DNA of 64,000 nucleotides, taken from the NCBI GenBank assembly GCA_009914755.4, contig CP068257.2, forward strand, positions 37,504,001 through 37,568,000, given 5' to 3'. Below are positions 12,201 to 23,783 of the stretch, one piece after another; position 1 is the first letter of the stretch; each line of letters begins with the position of its first letter. The notes below the pieces were generated by a model. That model worked only from the letters and a program-made list of their open reading frames with translations. It ran no database searches and was not told where the DNA came from. Both the position numbers and the translations under genes were made by a program. The DNA is from the human T2T-CHM13v2.0 reference genome, Homo sapiens.

Positions 12201-14999
12201 GAAAATCCAGCAAGATGGATATGACAATGCTATATATATAATTACATACACACAATCATGTCAATCCTGATACCTTTTCCATGCACTATTGATTAGAAGT
12301 CATATGTCCTACCCATACTCAAGGGGAGGAAGCAACATAAGGGCATGAACACCAGGTACTAGGGATTGTGAAGGCCACCCAAGAGTGCTATGTAGGCCTC
12401 TCTAGAATCCCATGACAATTAAAGAAGGAAAATAGATTTCAGTGGATATCTAGCTGTCAGCTTCCACCACAAAATGTGTTGCAAATATTTTTCTTAGCAA
12501 AGAAAAATGCTCAGAAAAGTGCTAGGTTGAAAATTGGCTTCATACTTTAATTTGATGGTTATTTTGTGGTTGGTATTTTAAATGTGCTTATGGCATTCTT
12601 GACTTACAAAAGCTTTTAGTTTGTGTGAAGTCAAATTTATCAATATTTTCCTTTACTGCTTCTGGATTTTGTTATGATTTATGGCATTTCATGAAAGACC
12701 TCCCCTAAGATTATGTGAAATTCCACCCATGTTGGCTCCTAAAATAACTCATATTATTATGGCCAAGCATCCCATTTTTCAGAACGTTTTCTTCACTACC
12801 AGGATAATTTGTTTGTATAAACTATTTTGCTGCTGACTTGCTTGAAAGCTATTTGTTCACAGTTTTGCTCATCAGTGACTTTTTAAGGTAAAGAAGTGGG
12901 ATTTCAGCAAATTATTTTCACCCTTTAGTTTACAATTCTTAGTACAGCTCTAAGATAAGCAATAAAATTTCATGGAAAGCAGCTTTTTTATGCAAAATCA
13001 GCATCATTCATGTTGAGTCAACGATACAGTTCTTTCCAGCTCTCTTCGACCTTTCTTCTACAGGGGACACATTTTTGTGGTCTCTCTCAGGTGTTTGCCC
13101 TCAGAGGTCACTCTGGTGCTGACTGTTTCCTTCCAAATACAAAACGATGATTGTGCCAATAGGATCCATTTACTTACAATCACTTGCCTCTCAAACAAAG
13201 GCTAAATTATTTGGAAATCCCAAAGAAACACAGAGTTTCTTCTTTTCCATCAGCAAATATTCAGTGCACCTTCTACAATGGGCCAAGCACTCTGTGCAAA
13301 GTGGGTAGCTGCTGGCAAAAAAAAAAAAAAAAAAAATACACCCTTTCAAAATTGCCACCAGGAAAGGCGAATCATCTTTTAGTTCTACAGATTCTACATT
13401 TGTGATAATATTCCAATAGTCTTCAGATGACCAAGTAGCATCAAGACCTTCCAGCATGGTCACCTAGAGCCCTTGTGACTAGACTAGACAGAAAAAAGAT
13501 GGAAGGGAGGGGAGGGGCCGACCCATGCATCCCTGCATCAGCCACAGTTTTTCAATCTGCAATACCCAGTGTTTTGCCAGGCCCTTCAGAACTGATCTCC
13601 ATAAGTACTTGTGTAGCAGGTATCAGTCTCTGTCAGTGAATGGAGGTGTGTGAGAAATTCAGCTCTGTGCATTCCTCCATAGCATGGCTTAATTTCCACC
13701 ATAAGCCCTCACCCTATCAATGGCAGAGGCTAAAGCTCAGTCCACTGGCCGAGCTGCAGCTGAGGTTTAGGGGACTTGCCTCATTCTTGCCTTGGGGAGG
13801 GGCTGAGGTGAGCCGAGGGGGTTGATATCCATGCCTGCCCCTCTGAGGAGACCTCATTGCCATCGATCCTGGTGAGGCACCCCCACTCCCCCATTGAAGG
13901 CCCCCACAGTCCTGAACTGTCTCTGCATGTGCTGGCAATGGGTCCCTCACATCTGCCTCCCCACCCAGTGTCTGTGCACAGCTGTTCTTTCTGACAGCCC
14001 TGGAAATGGAAAGCCTAGACCTGACCCCAGTTGATTCTCTTTCTGCTGTCCCATCTCTTCCCTGAGACAACCAAACCCTTCCCAAGTGAAAGGTTAGAGG
14101 GCAAAAAGGGAAGCACCAATTGGCATTTCCAAGTAATACCCACCACGCCAGTCCACAAGGCTGGAGGGCAACCAGAAGATTCAGACCCAAGACACAAATG
14201 GACCATCAACTGATCATAGTGCAGGAAAGGCCTTCTTAAAAAGGAAGCTATAAATTGCTCCTTAACGCTGCAAGGCAAGGTAAGCCTTGATTTAGATAAG
14301 TATGATTAAAGCAGCTTTCAGGAGACACTAAAAGCTTATGACTTTAATTATAATACAGGCTCATATTAACAAAGACACAACCAAAATAATACTGATTTAA
14401 ACAAGAAAACCTTTTATTTTCTCTTACAGAGCTGCACAAGTTCAGTTTCCTTCTATCTCCTTGTCCTGCCACCTAGGCTGCAGGCCTGCAGGTAGGAGTG
14501 GGGAAAAGGGAAGGGGCCTGTTCCCCTGGGGGCCACAACCCAAAAGGTGCCTGAATGCTTTCCTTCCCTCCCCGGGGCCATTCCTGGCCACAAGGGAAGA
14601 TGGGAAAGGCAGCCCTTATGTTGCCGAAAACTGTGGCTGCTTTAACTACAGAGAAGGAACAAATAAAGATTAAAGAACAAGGAGCAATATTTGTCACTCT
14701 TATATAATAAAACAGCTAAACAGTTTTATATCCATTCTCCAATGCCCAGCTCCAGCATCACCAACACCGTTAGTTCTCTGAACTAACAGTGATTCCTTCC
14801 ATCTCCAAACTTTATCTGTACCATTCATGTGATGATTACCCTCACATGGCCTGTCTCCCACAGGCTGACCCCTGAATCTCCTCTACATCCAGCGTGACAG
14901 CGCCCACCTCCGCTAAGGGGGCTCCGCTTTCCTGCCTAGCTCCTTCAGTTTCTTGCCGCGAAAATGGTCTTTGTATTGCACTTTGTGGCTGACAGACAC

Positions 15000-15440
15000 C
15001 GTCCGTTACCTCTCAGCATTGTTTCAATACACACACATTAACACACACTCGCGCACACACACACGTACACACTCGCACACACTCCCACATGTACACATAT
15101 ACACGCACACCCACACATGTACACAGTCACACACAAACTCACTAACACAAACATGTATACATTCACTAACACACACAAACTCACGAACACGTGCTAACAT
15201 GTACACACTAATACACTCATACATACACACGAACACATTCACACACACATGCACATTCACTAACATGTACACACTCACACATTCACACATGCACACCTAC
15301 TAACACATGTATATACTAACACACTACATGTACATTCACTAACACACACGTGTACACACATGCACTCAGTAACACACATGCACACTAACACACATGCACA
15401 CTAACACATACATGCACATTCACTAACACACTCACACTGT
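15000..15440. repeat. Degenerate CA-rich minisatellite (cactaacacacatgcaca-type units)
   Basis: Tandem imperfect units read directly. A further short block of the same repeat lies at 15905-15965, on the other side of the LTR fragment. Confidence 0.8.
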
Positions 15441-15900
15441 AGCAGGACAAGCTGCAGACAAAACCTCTCAGACACTGAGTTAAAGAAGGAAGGGCTTTAT
15501 TCGGCCGGGAGCTTCGGCAAGACTCACGTCTCCAACAACAGAGCTCCCCGAGTGAGCAATTCCTGTCCCTTTTAATGGCTCACAACTCTAAGGGGGTCCG
15601 CATGAGTGGGTCGTGATCGTGAGAGGGTCGTGATGGATTGAGCAAGCAGGGGGTACGTGACTGGGGGCTGCATGCACCAGTAATTAGGACGGAACAGAAC
15701 AGGATGGGGATTTTCACAGTGCTTTTCTATACAATGTCTGTAATCCACAGATAACATAACGCATTAGGTCAGGAGTCGATCTTTAACTACCAGGCCCAGG
15801 GGGTGGCACCGGGCTGTCTGCTTGTGGATTTCATTTCTGCCTTTTAGTTTTTACTTCTTCTTTCTTTGGAGGCAGAAATTGGGCATAAGACAATATGAGG
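15441..15900 (-). mobile_element. Partial ERV1 LTR, LTR12 (HERV9 LTR)-like: U3 3' part with TATA-like box, poly-A signal and LTR terminus
   Basis: Minus-strand read: ...ctaattactggtgcatgcagcccccagtcacgtaccccctgcttgctcaatccatcacgaccctctcacgatcacgacccactcatgcggacccccttagagttgtgagccattaaaagggacaggaattgctcactcggggagctc...cttgccgaagctcccggccgaataaagcccttccttctttaactcagtgtctgagaggttttgtctgcagcttgtcctgctaca. This matches my memory of the LTR12 3' region. The family call rests on that memory alone. Confidence 0.5.
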
Positions 15901-16479
15901 GGTGGTCTCCTCCCTTAACACACATACACACTAACACACACACATACACATGCACACACTTCTTTACTAACAGAGCCCCAGTGTGTTCCGAGGCAGTGGA
16001 GAGGACGCCCCTACCCAGCACTGTGGTGAGCCATGATTGGTCTAGACCAGATGTGGCCATTTGTTTTCCCTTTGCTGTCCAGAGATGGCCACATGACCCA
16101 TGTCTGGCTAGTGAGATGTAAGTGGATGTTCTCTGCAGGGACCTTCTAGGAAACCTCTTGCTTTTGCACCAACAGGGGTCAGCCTGGGCTGGCATCACCT
16201 TTCCCCTACCTTTCCCCTTCCTCCAGCTTCAGTCTCGGAGGTCTCGGTTCCTGGAGGTGCAGCTGCCTCTGCAGCTATGAGGGGATCAGGCGACCAGATG
16301 GAGATTGTGGAGCCGAAAGAGCAGTGGGACCAGGTCCTTGATAACCTTGTTGAGCCCCTGCAGCATCCCGGGACTGTCCACTCCAGACTTCTGGACAAAT
16401 ATGACCATTCAATTATTCAGTGCTAGAAAAGAAATGAGCTGTGGAGCCACGAAAAGGCGTAGAGGAACCTCAAATGCAC

Positions 16480-17000
16480 ACTGCTAAGGGAAAGAAGCCA
16501 GTCTGAAAAAGCTACACGCTGCGTAAGTCCAACCATGTGACATTCAGGAAAAGGCAAAACTATGGAGACAGTGAAAAGTCAGTGGTTGTCAGGGGTTAAG
16601 GGGAGGAAGGGATAAATAGGTGGAGCACAGAGGATTTTTAGGGCAGTGAAACTGTTCCGTATGATGCTACAATGGTGGATCCATGTCATTACACGTTTGT
16701 CCAGGCCCGTAGAACATACAACCCCAAGAGTGAGCCCTGTGTAAACTCTGGCTCTGGTGAATCCATGTCATTACACGTTTGTCCAGGCCCGTAGAACATA
16801 CAACTCCAAGAGTGAGCCCTGTGTAAACTCTGGGCTCTGGGCGACGGTGATGCACCAATGCAGGTTCATCCATTGTAACAAATGTACCCTCTGGTGGAGG
16901 ATGTTGATAATGGCGGAGGCTGTGCATGTGTAGGGGCTGAGAAACCTCTGTACCTTCCACTCAATTTTGCTGTGAACCTAAAACTTCTCTAAAAAGTAAA
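16480..17000 (+). mobile_element. L1M (mammalian-wide L1) 3'-end fragment with an internal 83-bp tandem duplication
   Basis: ...agtggttgtcaggggttaaggggaggaagggataaataggtggagcacagaggatttttagggcagtgaaactgttccgtatgatgctacaatggtggatccatgtcattacacgtttgtcc...ttgtaacaaatgtaccctctggtggaggatgttgataatggcggaggctgtgcatgtgtaggggc...ttttgctgtgaacctaaaacttctctaaaaagtaaagtctat. The unit atccatgtcattacacg...ctctgg occurs at 16678-16760 and again at 16761-16843. Confidence 0.75.
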
Positions 17001-17023
17001 GTCTATGAATTTAAAATATATAC

Positions 17024-17047
17024 GCATATATATATATATATATATAT
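17024..17047. repeat. (AT)n microsatellite
   Basis: atatatatatatatatatatatat read directly. Confidence 0.95.
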
Positions 17048-17564
17048 GACTATTCATGTTATTTGTTTCTGCCTCTGCAGTCAGGAGACACTTGCAACCA
17101 TGTACACTTCCAACAGATACCATCTGCCTTCCTGCCACTTCTCATCCACCCCATTGTGAACTCACAAAACACATCCCAATTCCTTCCCAAGCTGAAAATC
17201 CGGAAAACAAACCACCTGAGTCCACCAGCATGCCACTGCCTCTGGTGCACCCACATTGCCTTCATGGCCCTGACACGGACTTGGGTTTGATGGACCTGGG
17301 AGTCAGTTGGCCCCAGGCCGGATGGCCCCCACTCAGGTCCTGTGTGTGCACATGAGTCCAAGAGACCCTGGGCTCAATTCTCAGCTGAAACCTGAACTCT
17401 GCAGGATGGGTCAGTCATCTGCCGCAGGCATTTGCCAGGCCTGGCTCACTGAGTCATAACGAGGTTAGTTATGTGACTGTCAGCCCTGGAGGGCAGGCAG
17501 AGGCTGCTCACATCCCTTTGTGGGGCCTTAGGGCTTCACGCTGGACCTGGACCCACACAGGAAT

Positions 17565-17725
17565 TCCCTTAGTGTTTCTTTTTCTTTTTTTTTCTTTTTT
17601 TTTTTTTAAGAGAAGGGGTCTCACTGTGTTGTCCAGGCTAGTTTCAATCTCCTGACCTCAAGTGACCCACCCTCCTCGGCCTCCCAAAGTGCTGGGATTA
17701 CAGGTGTGAGCCACAGCAACCAGCC
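17565..17725 (-). mobile_element. Free left Alu monomer (FLAM-like) with A-rich tail
   Basis: Poly-T run, then gagaaggggtctcactgtgttgtccaggctagtttcaatctcctgacctcaagtgacccaccctcctcggcctcccaaagtgctgggattacaggtgtgagccac, which is the reverse complement of the Alu left arm only. Confidence 0.8.
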
Positions 17726-19306
17726 TCAAACGGTCTTTTCTTTGTGACAGCATCCAGTCTCCTAGAATCCAGCTCCCAGCTATCCATGAAAACCCTCATG
17801 GCCTTGGCTGGAAGAAGAGAGCTGGCAGCAGATCAGACAGAAAGCACCAGACAGAACCCTAAGGCCATCACCTCCCACACTCCTGAGTCAGCAGAGGTCG
17901 CAGATAAAACCTGCCTGGAGAGGGCCCTCTGCCTGTGGGCTCTTAGCTCTCAGCTCTCAGCTCTGCAGCCTGGAAGGAAACCCAGGAGGTGTGAGTTGAT
18001 GATTGCAGAGAAGAGAGCTGGGAGGTCAGCCCCTCCAAAGGTGCCTGCCCAGAGCGCGTGGGGTCACATATGGAAACCATTTCTGGGGAGGGAGAGCGGG
18101 AATCTGGAAATGAGGCCACACCAGGGGGTCCGGCCATGAATACAAGAAGGAAAGCCTTGTTGAAGGGAGGCCCATGGCAGACACAGCTCAGTGGAAGGAG
18201 GAAAATACTCAGCATTCCAACAACTTCTAGTAAGAAATCTTAAAAAAACGGAGAAATCCACGCGCTTGTGGTTTTAATCAATGCAACAACGCAACAGGAG
18301 GCTGGCTCAGAGCAACGCGAGGATGAGGCAGGGCCCAGAACACTGAGGCCTAAATGTGGAGCACACCAGTGTGGACATGAAAAACTGGCAGTGTGATCTG
18401 AGACCACTCAGTGGCCCCTTTAAGTGGTGACAATTTCCACCCAGAAGAAACGGGTGACAATTTTGAGATCCTGATTCAATAGGTTCCCCACAGATCAGTT
18501 TCTCCTCGGAGAACAGAACCTCCTGAATCTTAAGAATATTAATATCTCCAGGGCTGAATGTCCCAGCACTACTGATAAAGAACAGCCTCTTCCAGGAAAA
18601 GGAGCCGTTTTTTATCTTTGCTAATAACCAGCCAGTCTCATAAAAACTGGGAGGGAAAAAAAATCCTTAAAAATATTTACTTAAAAAACAATCAATAGAC
18701 ACACTAAAAAGCTCATGCATACTGATTTCTTTGATGTGTTTTTAATTGCTTAAGGGTCTTTGTAGAAAAATGAGCAAAGAGCATTATTTATACATTTACA
18801 TATTTAGAAGAGAGCAGGTTAAAAACTCCAACTTCACCAGCAGCAGCAAAGAACCTTTGTTGAGCAATACTGTCCCCTTGTGTCCAATCTTCACTTAATG
18901 CTTTCCTAAGTTAAGTACAGCTGCTTGATGGGACATTCTGCAGTAGTAAACGACTTCTACATTTTGCTGCCCTTTAAGACTTGCATTCCTGCAGGAAACA
19001 TGCATATGCAATACCAATTCTAAGTAAGGGGAAATCTGATTTAAGAAAATTGGCCTCAGGTATTCATGATGGAGTTCACAGCATGGGAAAATGTGGGCCA
19101 TCGATGTGGTGAAGAAAGCCTCACTTCCATCCCAGCTTTTTCACTGTTCCCCACGAGTAAGTAAGTGAACGGCAAATGTGCAAGGGAGTTAAAGTGTAAA
19201 TTCCTCCCGGCCCATATAATTGACTTGCTGAATTTTTGCAGTAACAAAAGACTGCTGTTCAAAACATTTCCAGTGACATTTTAAGACTACCTATAAAGAG
19301 AAGTTC

Positions 19307-19677
<371 letters not shown>

Positions 19678-19714
19678 TTAATCCTGATATTCAGCAAATA
19701 TTTATCCAACAGGG

Positions 19715-20028
19715 GTTTACTTATTTATTTTTGAGACAGATTATTATTTATTTATTTATTTATTCACTCGTCACCCAGGCTGGACTGCAATGGCGTGATC
19801 TTGGCTCACTGCAACCTCTGCTTCCCAGGTTCAAGCTATTCTCCTGCCTCAACCTCCTGAGTAGCTGGGATTACAGGCACCACGCCCAGCTAATTTTTGT
19901 GTTTTTAGTAGAGACAGGGTTTCGCCATGTTGGCCATGCTGGTCTCGAACTCCTGACCTCAAGCGATCCACTCACCTCAGCCTCTCAAAGTGCTGAGATT
20001 ACAGGCATGAGCCACTGCACCCATCCAA
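19715..20028 (-). mobile_element. Alu SINE with (TTTA)n expansion inside its tail and 3' region
   Basis: Reverse-complement Alu: ...tcacccaggctggactgcaatggcgtgatcttggctcactgcaacctctgcttcccaggttcaagc...ggatcgcttgaggtcagg... The run ttattatttatttatttatttatt at 19741-19764 replaces the usual gagtct region. Confidence 0.85.
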
Positions 20029-21029
20029 ACCATTGTGCTCTTTTCTGTATGCGGGACTTGGGAAAGGTGGGACACTCTGGAGATTCCTGCCTCAAGCCAC
20101 ATTCTCCTCTGCAAGATGGCTAAAAGATTTTGTGCTTTGTGAAAGAGCAGAATCTGTTTTGTACCTAAGGCCTCTGGTCTCTAAATCCTAAAATCTCTCC
20201 GCTGGGGTCCCCTGAAGTGTCTGGTACTTACTGCTCTTCTCGCTGTGCCTAATTAAGATGATCTGGATTCGCATGACAGGAACATATGGTAATTAAGTAC
20301 CAAAATCTCACAAAAGCACCAGAAATCAAAAATAGATTTTTCTAGTAAAGTCAGAATTAAAATCCCTATTTTTTTAAGTCTTCTTAAAGAGACATACATA
20401 CCATAAAAGTTCTAGCAAAGAATTTATAAACCGAAATGTAGAATGACTTCACATATAATCTGCAAATCAGGCTGCTGTGTGACCTACTTCTATTCCCATT
20501 TTATGAGTAGGAAAACTGAGGTAAAAAAAAAAAAAACCAGGGTTTGAGTACTACTTGCAAGTCACCGGCATCAGTCTCCCATGTATACCCACAGTCAGAC
20601 GTCACCACAGCCTGTGGCCACCAGCTGCAGAACTCCATAATATTTGTGAGCCCAAATTACACAGCAGGTGGCCCCAGGTAGAGGGGCACAGCCCTTCATC
20701 TAGAGGAACTGCAATACCACAGGGCTGGATGAGCTGGCTCAAGGTTTTCTGCTTGCAACGTGGCTGTGTACTATTATGCTATAGGTGACTTTGTCTGTTT
20801 CTACCTGCCTGGAGATACAGGAAAATGCTCATGCTTCACACCCAGAACCCTCAGGAGAGCCGCATGGACTCCTCAGAGCCTCCAGGTTTCCAACCAGGTA
20901 GGAGGAGACTCAGACATCTTTTGTGAGTGAGGGTACCCGATGGAGGGGAGGAAGGCCTAGAGAGGGATGCAATCATCCTCATCATTCCCAGTTTTCTGCC
21001 AGAGCCTGGGGACACAGGAAGGCAGGAAG

Positions 21030-21145
21030 ACTCGGGGCTATCTAAATCCAAGTTCAAATCCTGACTCAGTTACTCACTAACTGGTGATGGATACATTAGT
21101 TCCCTGATCTGCAGTTTTCTCAATCATGAAAAGGAGGTAATACTT
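21030..21145 (+). mobile_element. MIR-like SINE core fragment
   Basis: ...aaatccaagttcaaatcctgactcagttactcactaactggtgatggatacattagttccctgatctgcagttttctcaatcatgaaaaggaggtaatacttagc resembles the MIR core (ggttcaaatcc.g.ctc.g.cacttactagctgtgtgaccttgggcaagttacttaacctctctg.gcctcagtttcctcatctgtaaaatgg). Confidence 0.4.
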
Positions 21146-21156
21146 AGCTTGGAGCC

Positions 21157-21460
21157 AAGCCACCAAGTTAGGGGTGGTTTAACGAACAGCAAAATAACCA
21201 TAAAAACCTCCTGCACAATCTTCTATGTTTGCCCCTTCCCCATCTGCAGAGAAAAAACTCTGAAGATCTGGGGGAGGGAAGAGCTAAAACATGAAAAAAG
21301 CCTAGTCCCTGCGTGACTGTGTGGAGCAGGGTGTCCCTTTTTCTCCCCCACCACCCCCCAAATCACGCAGAAATACAACATGAGCAAGGAATAACTTGGA
21401 TTGTGTCGAGGCCCTGAAATTTGAGGATACTTTGTTATAGCAGTCGGTCTAGTTGCTTAA
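21157..21460 (+). repeat. Copy A of a ~300-bp dispersed repeat (LTR-terminus-like 'ttaagccaccaagttaggggt.gtttaa.gaacagcaaaata.ccataaaaa' followed by ~250 bp)
   Basis: About 92-93% identical over ~300 bp to 25357-25655 in direct orientation. Most differences are CpG/TpG transitions. Confidence 0.7.
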
Positions 21461-22836
21461 ACACGAGTGTTAAACACATCTAAAATGCCTAGAGCTTGGC
21501 CCATAGTAGGAACTCGATTAAAGTAGAGCTTTGCCCGACTTGCTGATGACAAAGTGAGCAGACAACCAACCAGCATTTCTGAGAGTGAGAACATCTCTCA
21601 CAGAATCTTTCCAAGCCTAGGCCACTCCCCTCTCAACCTGTTCTACACGCCTGAAGTGATTTCTGCCAGCCCTGCCTGCTGTCTGTCCCAAAAGGAATAG
21701 AACTTTCTGAAATCCTGGAAATGTTCTGTATCTTCACTGTCCAATAGCCTTGTGAGGCTACTAAGCACTTGTACTATAAATATGGCAAGAACCTGGAGGA
21801 ACTAACATTTTATTTTAATTCTAAGTAATTTGAGTATAAGTGCCACATATGACCAGCGGCTACTGTACCGCACAGCTCAGTCTTAGAGACCACATGGTTC
21901 ATTACAAGCATCAGACTCATCCCAAGCAAGGACAGCCCAACGTTAATTAAACTAAGCAGATCAAGAGCTGCCAGATCACATGGGTAGTATCCAGAACGAC
22001 CTCCATATAAGATGCCAACACCTAGCCGGGATTATGGAGTTAAGACAAATATTTGTTTTTACACTTTTATAAAGCAAACAGCCCTGATTGGACATCAACC
22101 CAAGTTACAGCTGAGCCCTTCTCTATTTATTAGGTAATTGTGTCTAAACTATGTTTTTGTTTCTCTCTTCATTGTTCCATATGTCACATGCCCACCCACA
22201 ATACACACACAAACACACTCCCATGAGTCAAACCCTACACGCTCAGTGCTTTGATGTTTCAGCCTCTGCCATCTGCTCTGCAGCTGGCTATCATGAGGGC
22301 TGCAGCTTGGAGCTGCTGGAAAATAGAAACTTGCTCACTGATGAAGAGATTGGGGACGGTCTGAGAGCACGGCATCCTTCATCAGAGCCATGGCCTGTGT
22401 GGCCTTCCTGGGCTGGCTCAGGGCAGGATCTGCTTCTCAGGGACTAGAGCAATGGCAAGATTTTACTTTCTTTAAAAACAACTGGTTACCAGCTATGAAG
22501 CAGAAGGCTCTTCTCTTTGCATTTAGCAAAGAGTCATTGATGCTTTCAGCTTGTCTTGTGTGCTAAGCATGTATAGAAACTGTTGCAGGCAGTGGCATAG
22601 TCACTGTTCCAGGTAGTGATGTCTTGAGGACGAGCAGCACAGACTGGGTGTCCACTTTCGTGAACCTTTGTCCTGGGGTAAGGGGCGGGACTGACAACAA
22701 ACAAGCAAACAAATAATGAATTCAAGGCAGCGATTACAATGAAAATAAAGTTGGCCAGTGTGACAGAGAATGACTGGGTCAGGTGGGAAGATCAAGGTGC
22801 TGGAAGGACTGGTGTCCTCTGTGGCCTCTGTCCTTA

Positions 22837-23783
22837 TGATATGGTTTGGATTCGCGTCCCTGCCCAAATCTCATGTTGAATTGGAGGAGGGACCTGGTGG
22901 GAGGTGATTGGATCATGGAGACAGATTTCCCCCTTGCTGGTCTCATAATAGTGAGTGAGTTCTCACAATATCTGATCATTTAAAAGTGTGTGGCACCTCC
23001 CCATTCTCTCTCTCTCTCTGTCCTGCTCTGCCATGGTAAGACGTGCTTGCTTCCCCTTCACCCTCCACCTTGATTCTAAGTTTCCTGAGGCCTCCCAGTC
23101 ACGCTTCCTGTACAGCCTGTGGAACTGTGAGTCAATTAAACCTCTTTTCTTCATAAATTACCCAGTCTCAGCTAGTTCTTTATAGCAGCGTGAGAACAGA
23201 CTAATATAAAAAAATTGGTACCAGGAGAGTGGGGTACTGCTATATAAAGATACCTGAAAATGTGGAAACAACTTTGGAACTGAGTAATAGGCAGAGGTCG
23301 GAACAGTTTTGAGGGCTCAGAAGAAGGCAGGAAGATGTGGGAAAGTCTAGAACTTCCTAGAGACTTGTTGAGTGGTTTTGACCAAAATGCTGATACTGAT
23401 ATTGACATGGTTTGGCTCTGTGTCCCCACCCAAATCTCATCTCCAATTGTAGTCCCCACATGTTGAGGTGGGGGGCCCTGGTGGGAGATAACTGGATCAT
23501 GGGGGCAGATTTGCCCCTTGCTGGTCTCATGATAGTGAGTGTGTTCTCATGAGATCTGATTATTTAAAAGTGTGTGGCACCTCCCCATTCTCTCTCTCTC
23601 CTGCTCCACCATGGTAAGACGTGCTTGCTTCCCCTTCACCTTCTGCCACGATTCTATGTTTGAGGCCTCCCAGTCATGCTTCCTGTACAGCCTGTGGAAT
23701 TGTGAGTCAACTAAACCTCTTTTCTTCATAAATTACCCAGTCTCAGCTAATTCTTTAGAGCAGTGTGAGAATGGACTCATACC
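22837..23783 (+). mobile_element. MaLR (MST/THE1-like) element: LTR (22837-23212), ~185 bp of internal sequence (23213-23397), second LTR (23398-23783)
   Basis: Both LTRs begin tgatatggtttgg.t..g.gtcccc.cccaaatctcat...ggaggg.cctggtgggag..a..tggatcatgg and end ...ataaattacccagtctcagcta.ttctttatagcag.gtgagaa..gactaata. The internal part, ...gtaccaggagagtggggtactgctatataaagatacctgaaaatgtggaaacaactttggaactgagtaataggcagaggtcggaacagttt...gaccaaaatgctgatactgat, corresponds to the first ~190 bp of THE1/MST-int. The paralogous spurious minus-strand ORFs MKKRGL(I/V)DSQFHRLYRK... at 22963-23154 and 23547-23729 reflect the LTR duplication. Confidence 0.8.

Noticed and set aside
14429-14490. Mini-exon-like segment with an upstream polypyrimidine/AG acceptor (ttttctcttacag|AGCTGCACAAG) and a downstream gt donor (CCTGCAG|gtaggagtgg)
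   Set aside because: Acceptor and donor look-alikes are frequent by chance in 64 kb. There is no ORF continuity or other support, and no way to test it without expression data.
17744-18261. 131-aa plus-strand ORF and overlapping 60-90-aa ORFs in moderately GC-rich unique sequence
   Set aside because: It has no recognisable motif and overlapping opposite-strand ORFs, so it is probably chance. I could not exclude a lncRNA exon, but nothing in the sequence supports one.
22963-23729. Paralogous minus-strand ORFs MKKRGL(I/V)DSQFHRLYRK...CHTLLN(D/N)QI at 22963-23154 and 23547-23729, and the similar 35175-35375 ORF
   Set aside because: They occur in every THE1/MST-type LTR copy, which is how I recognised the LTRs. 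The duplication reflects the tandem LTRs, not a gene family.
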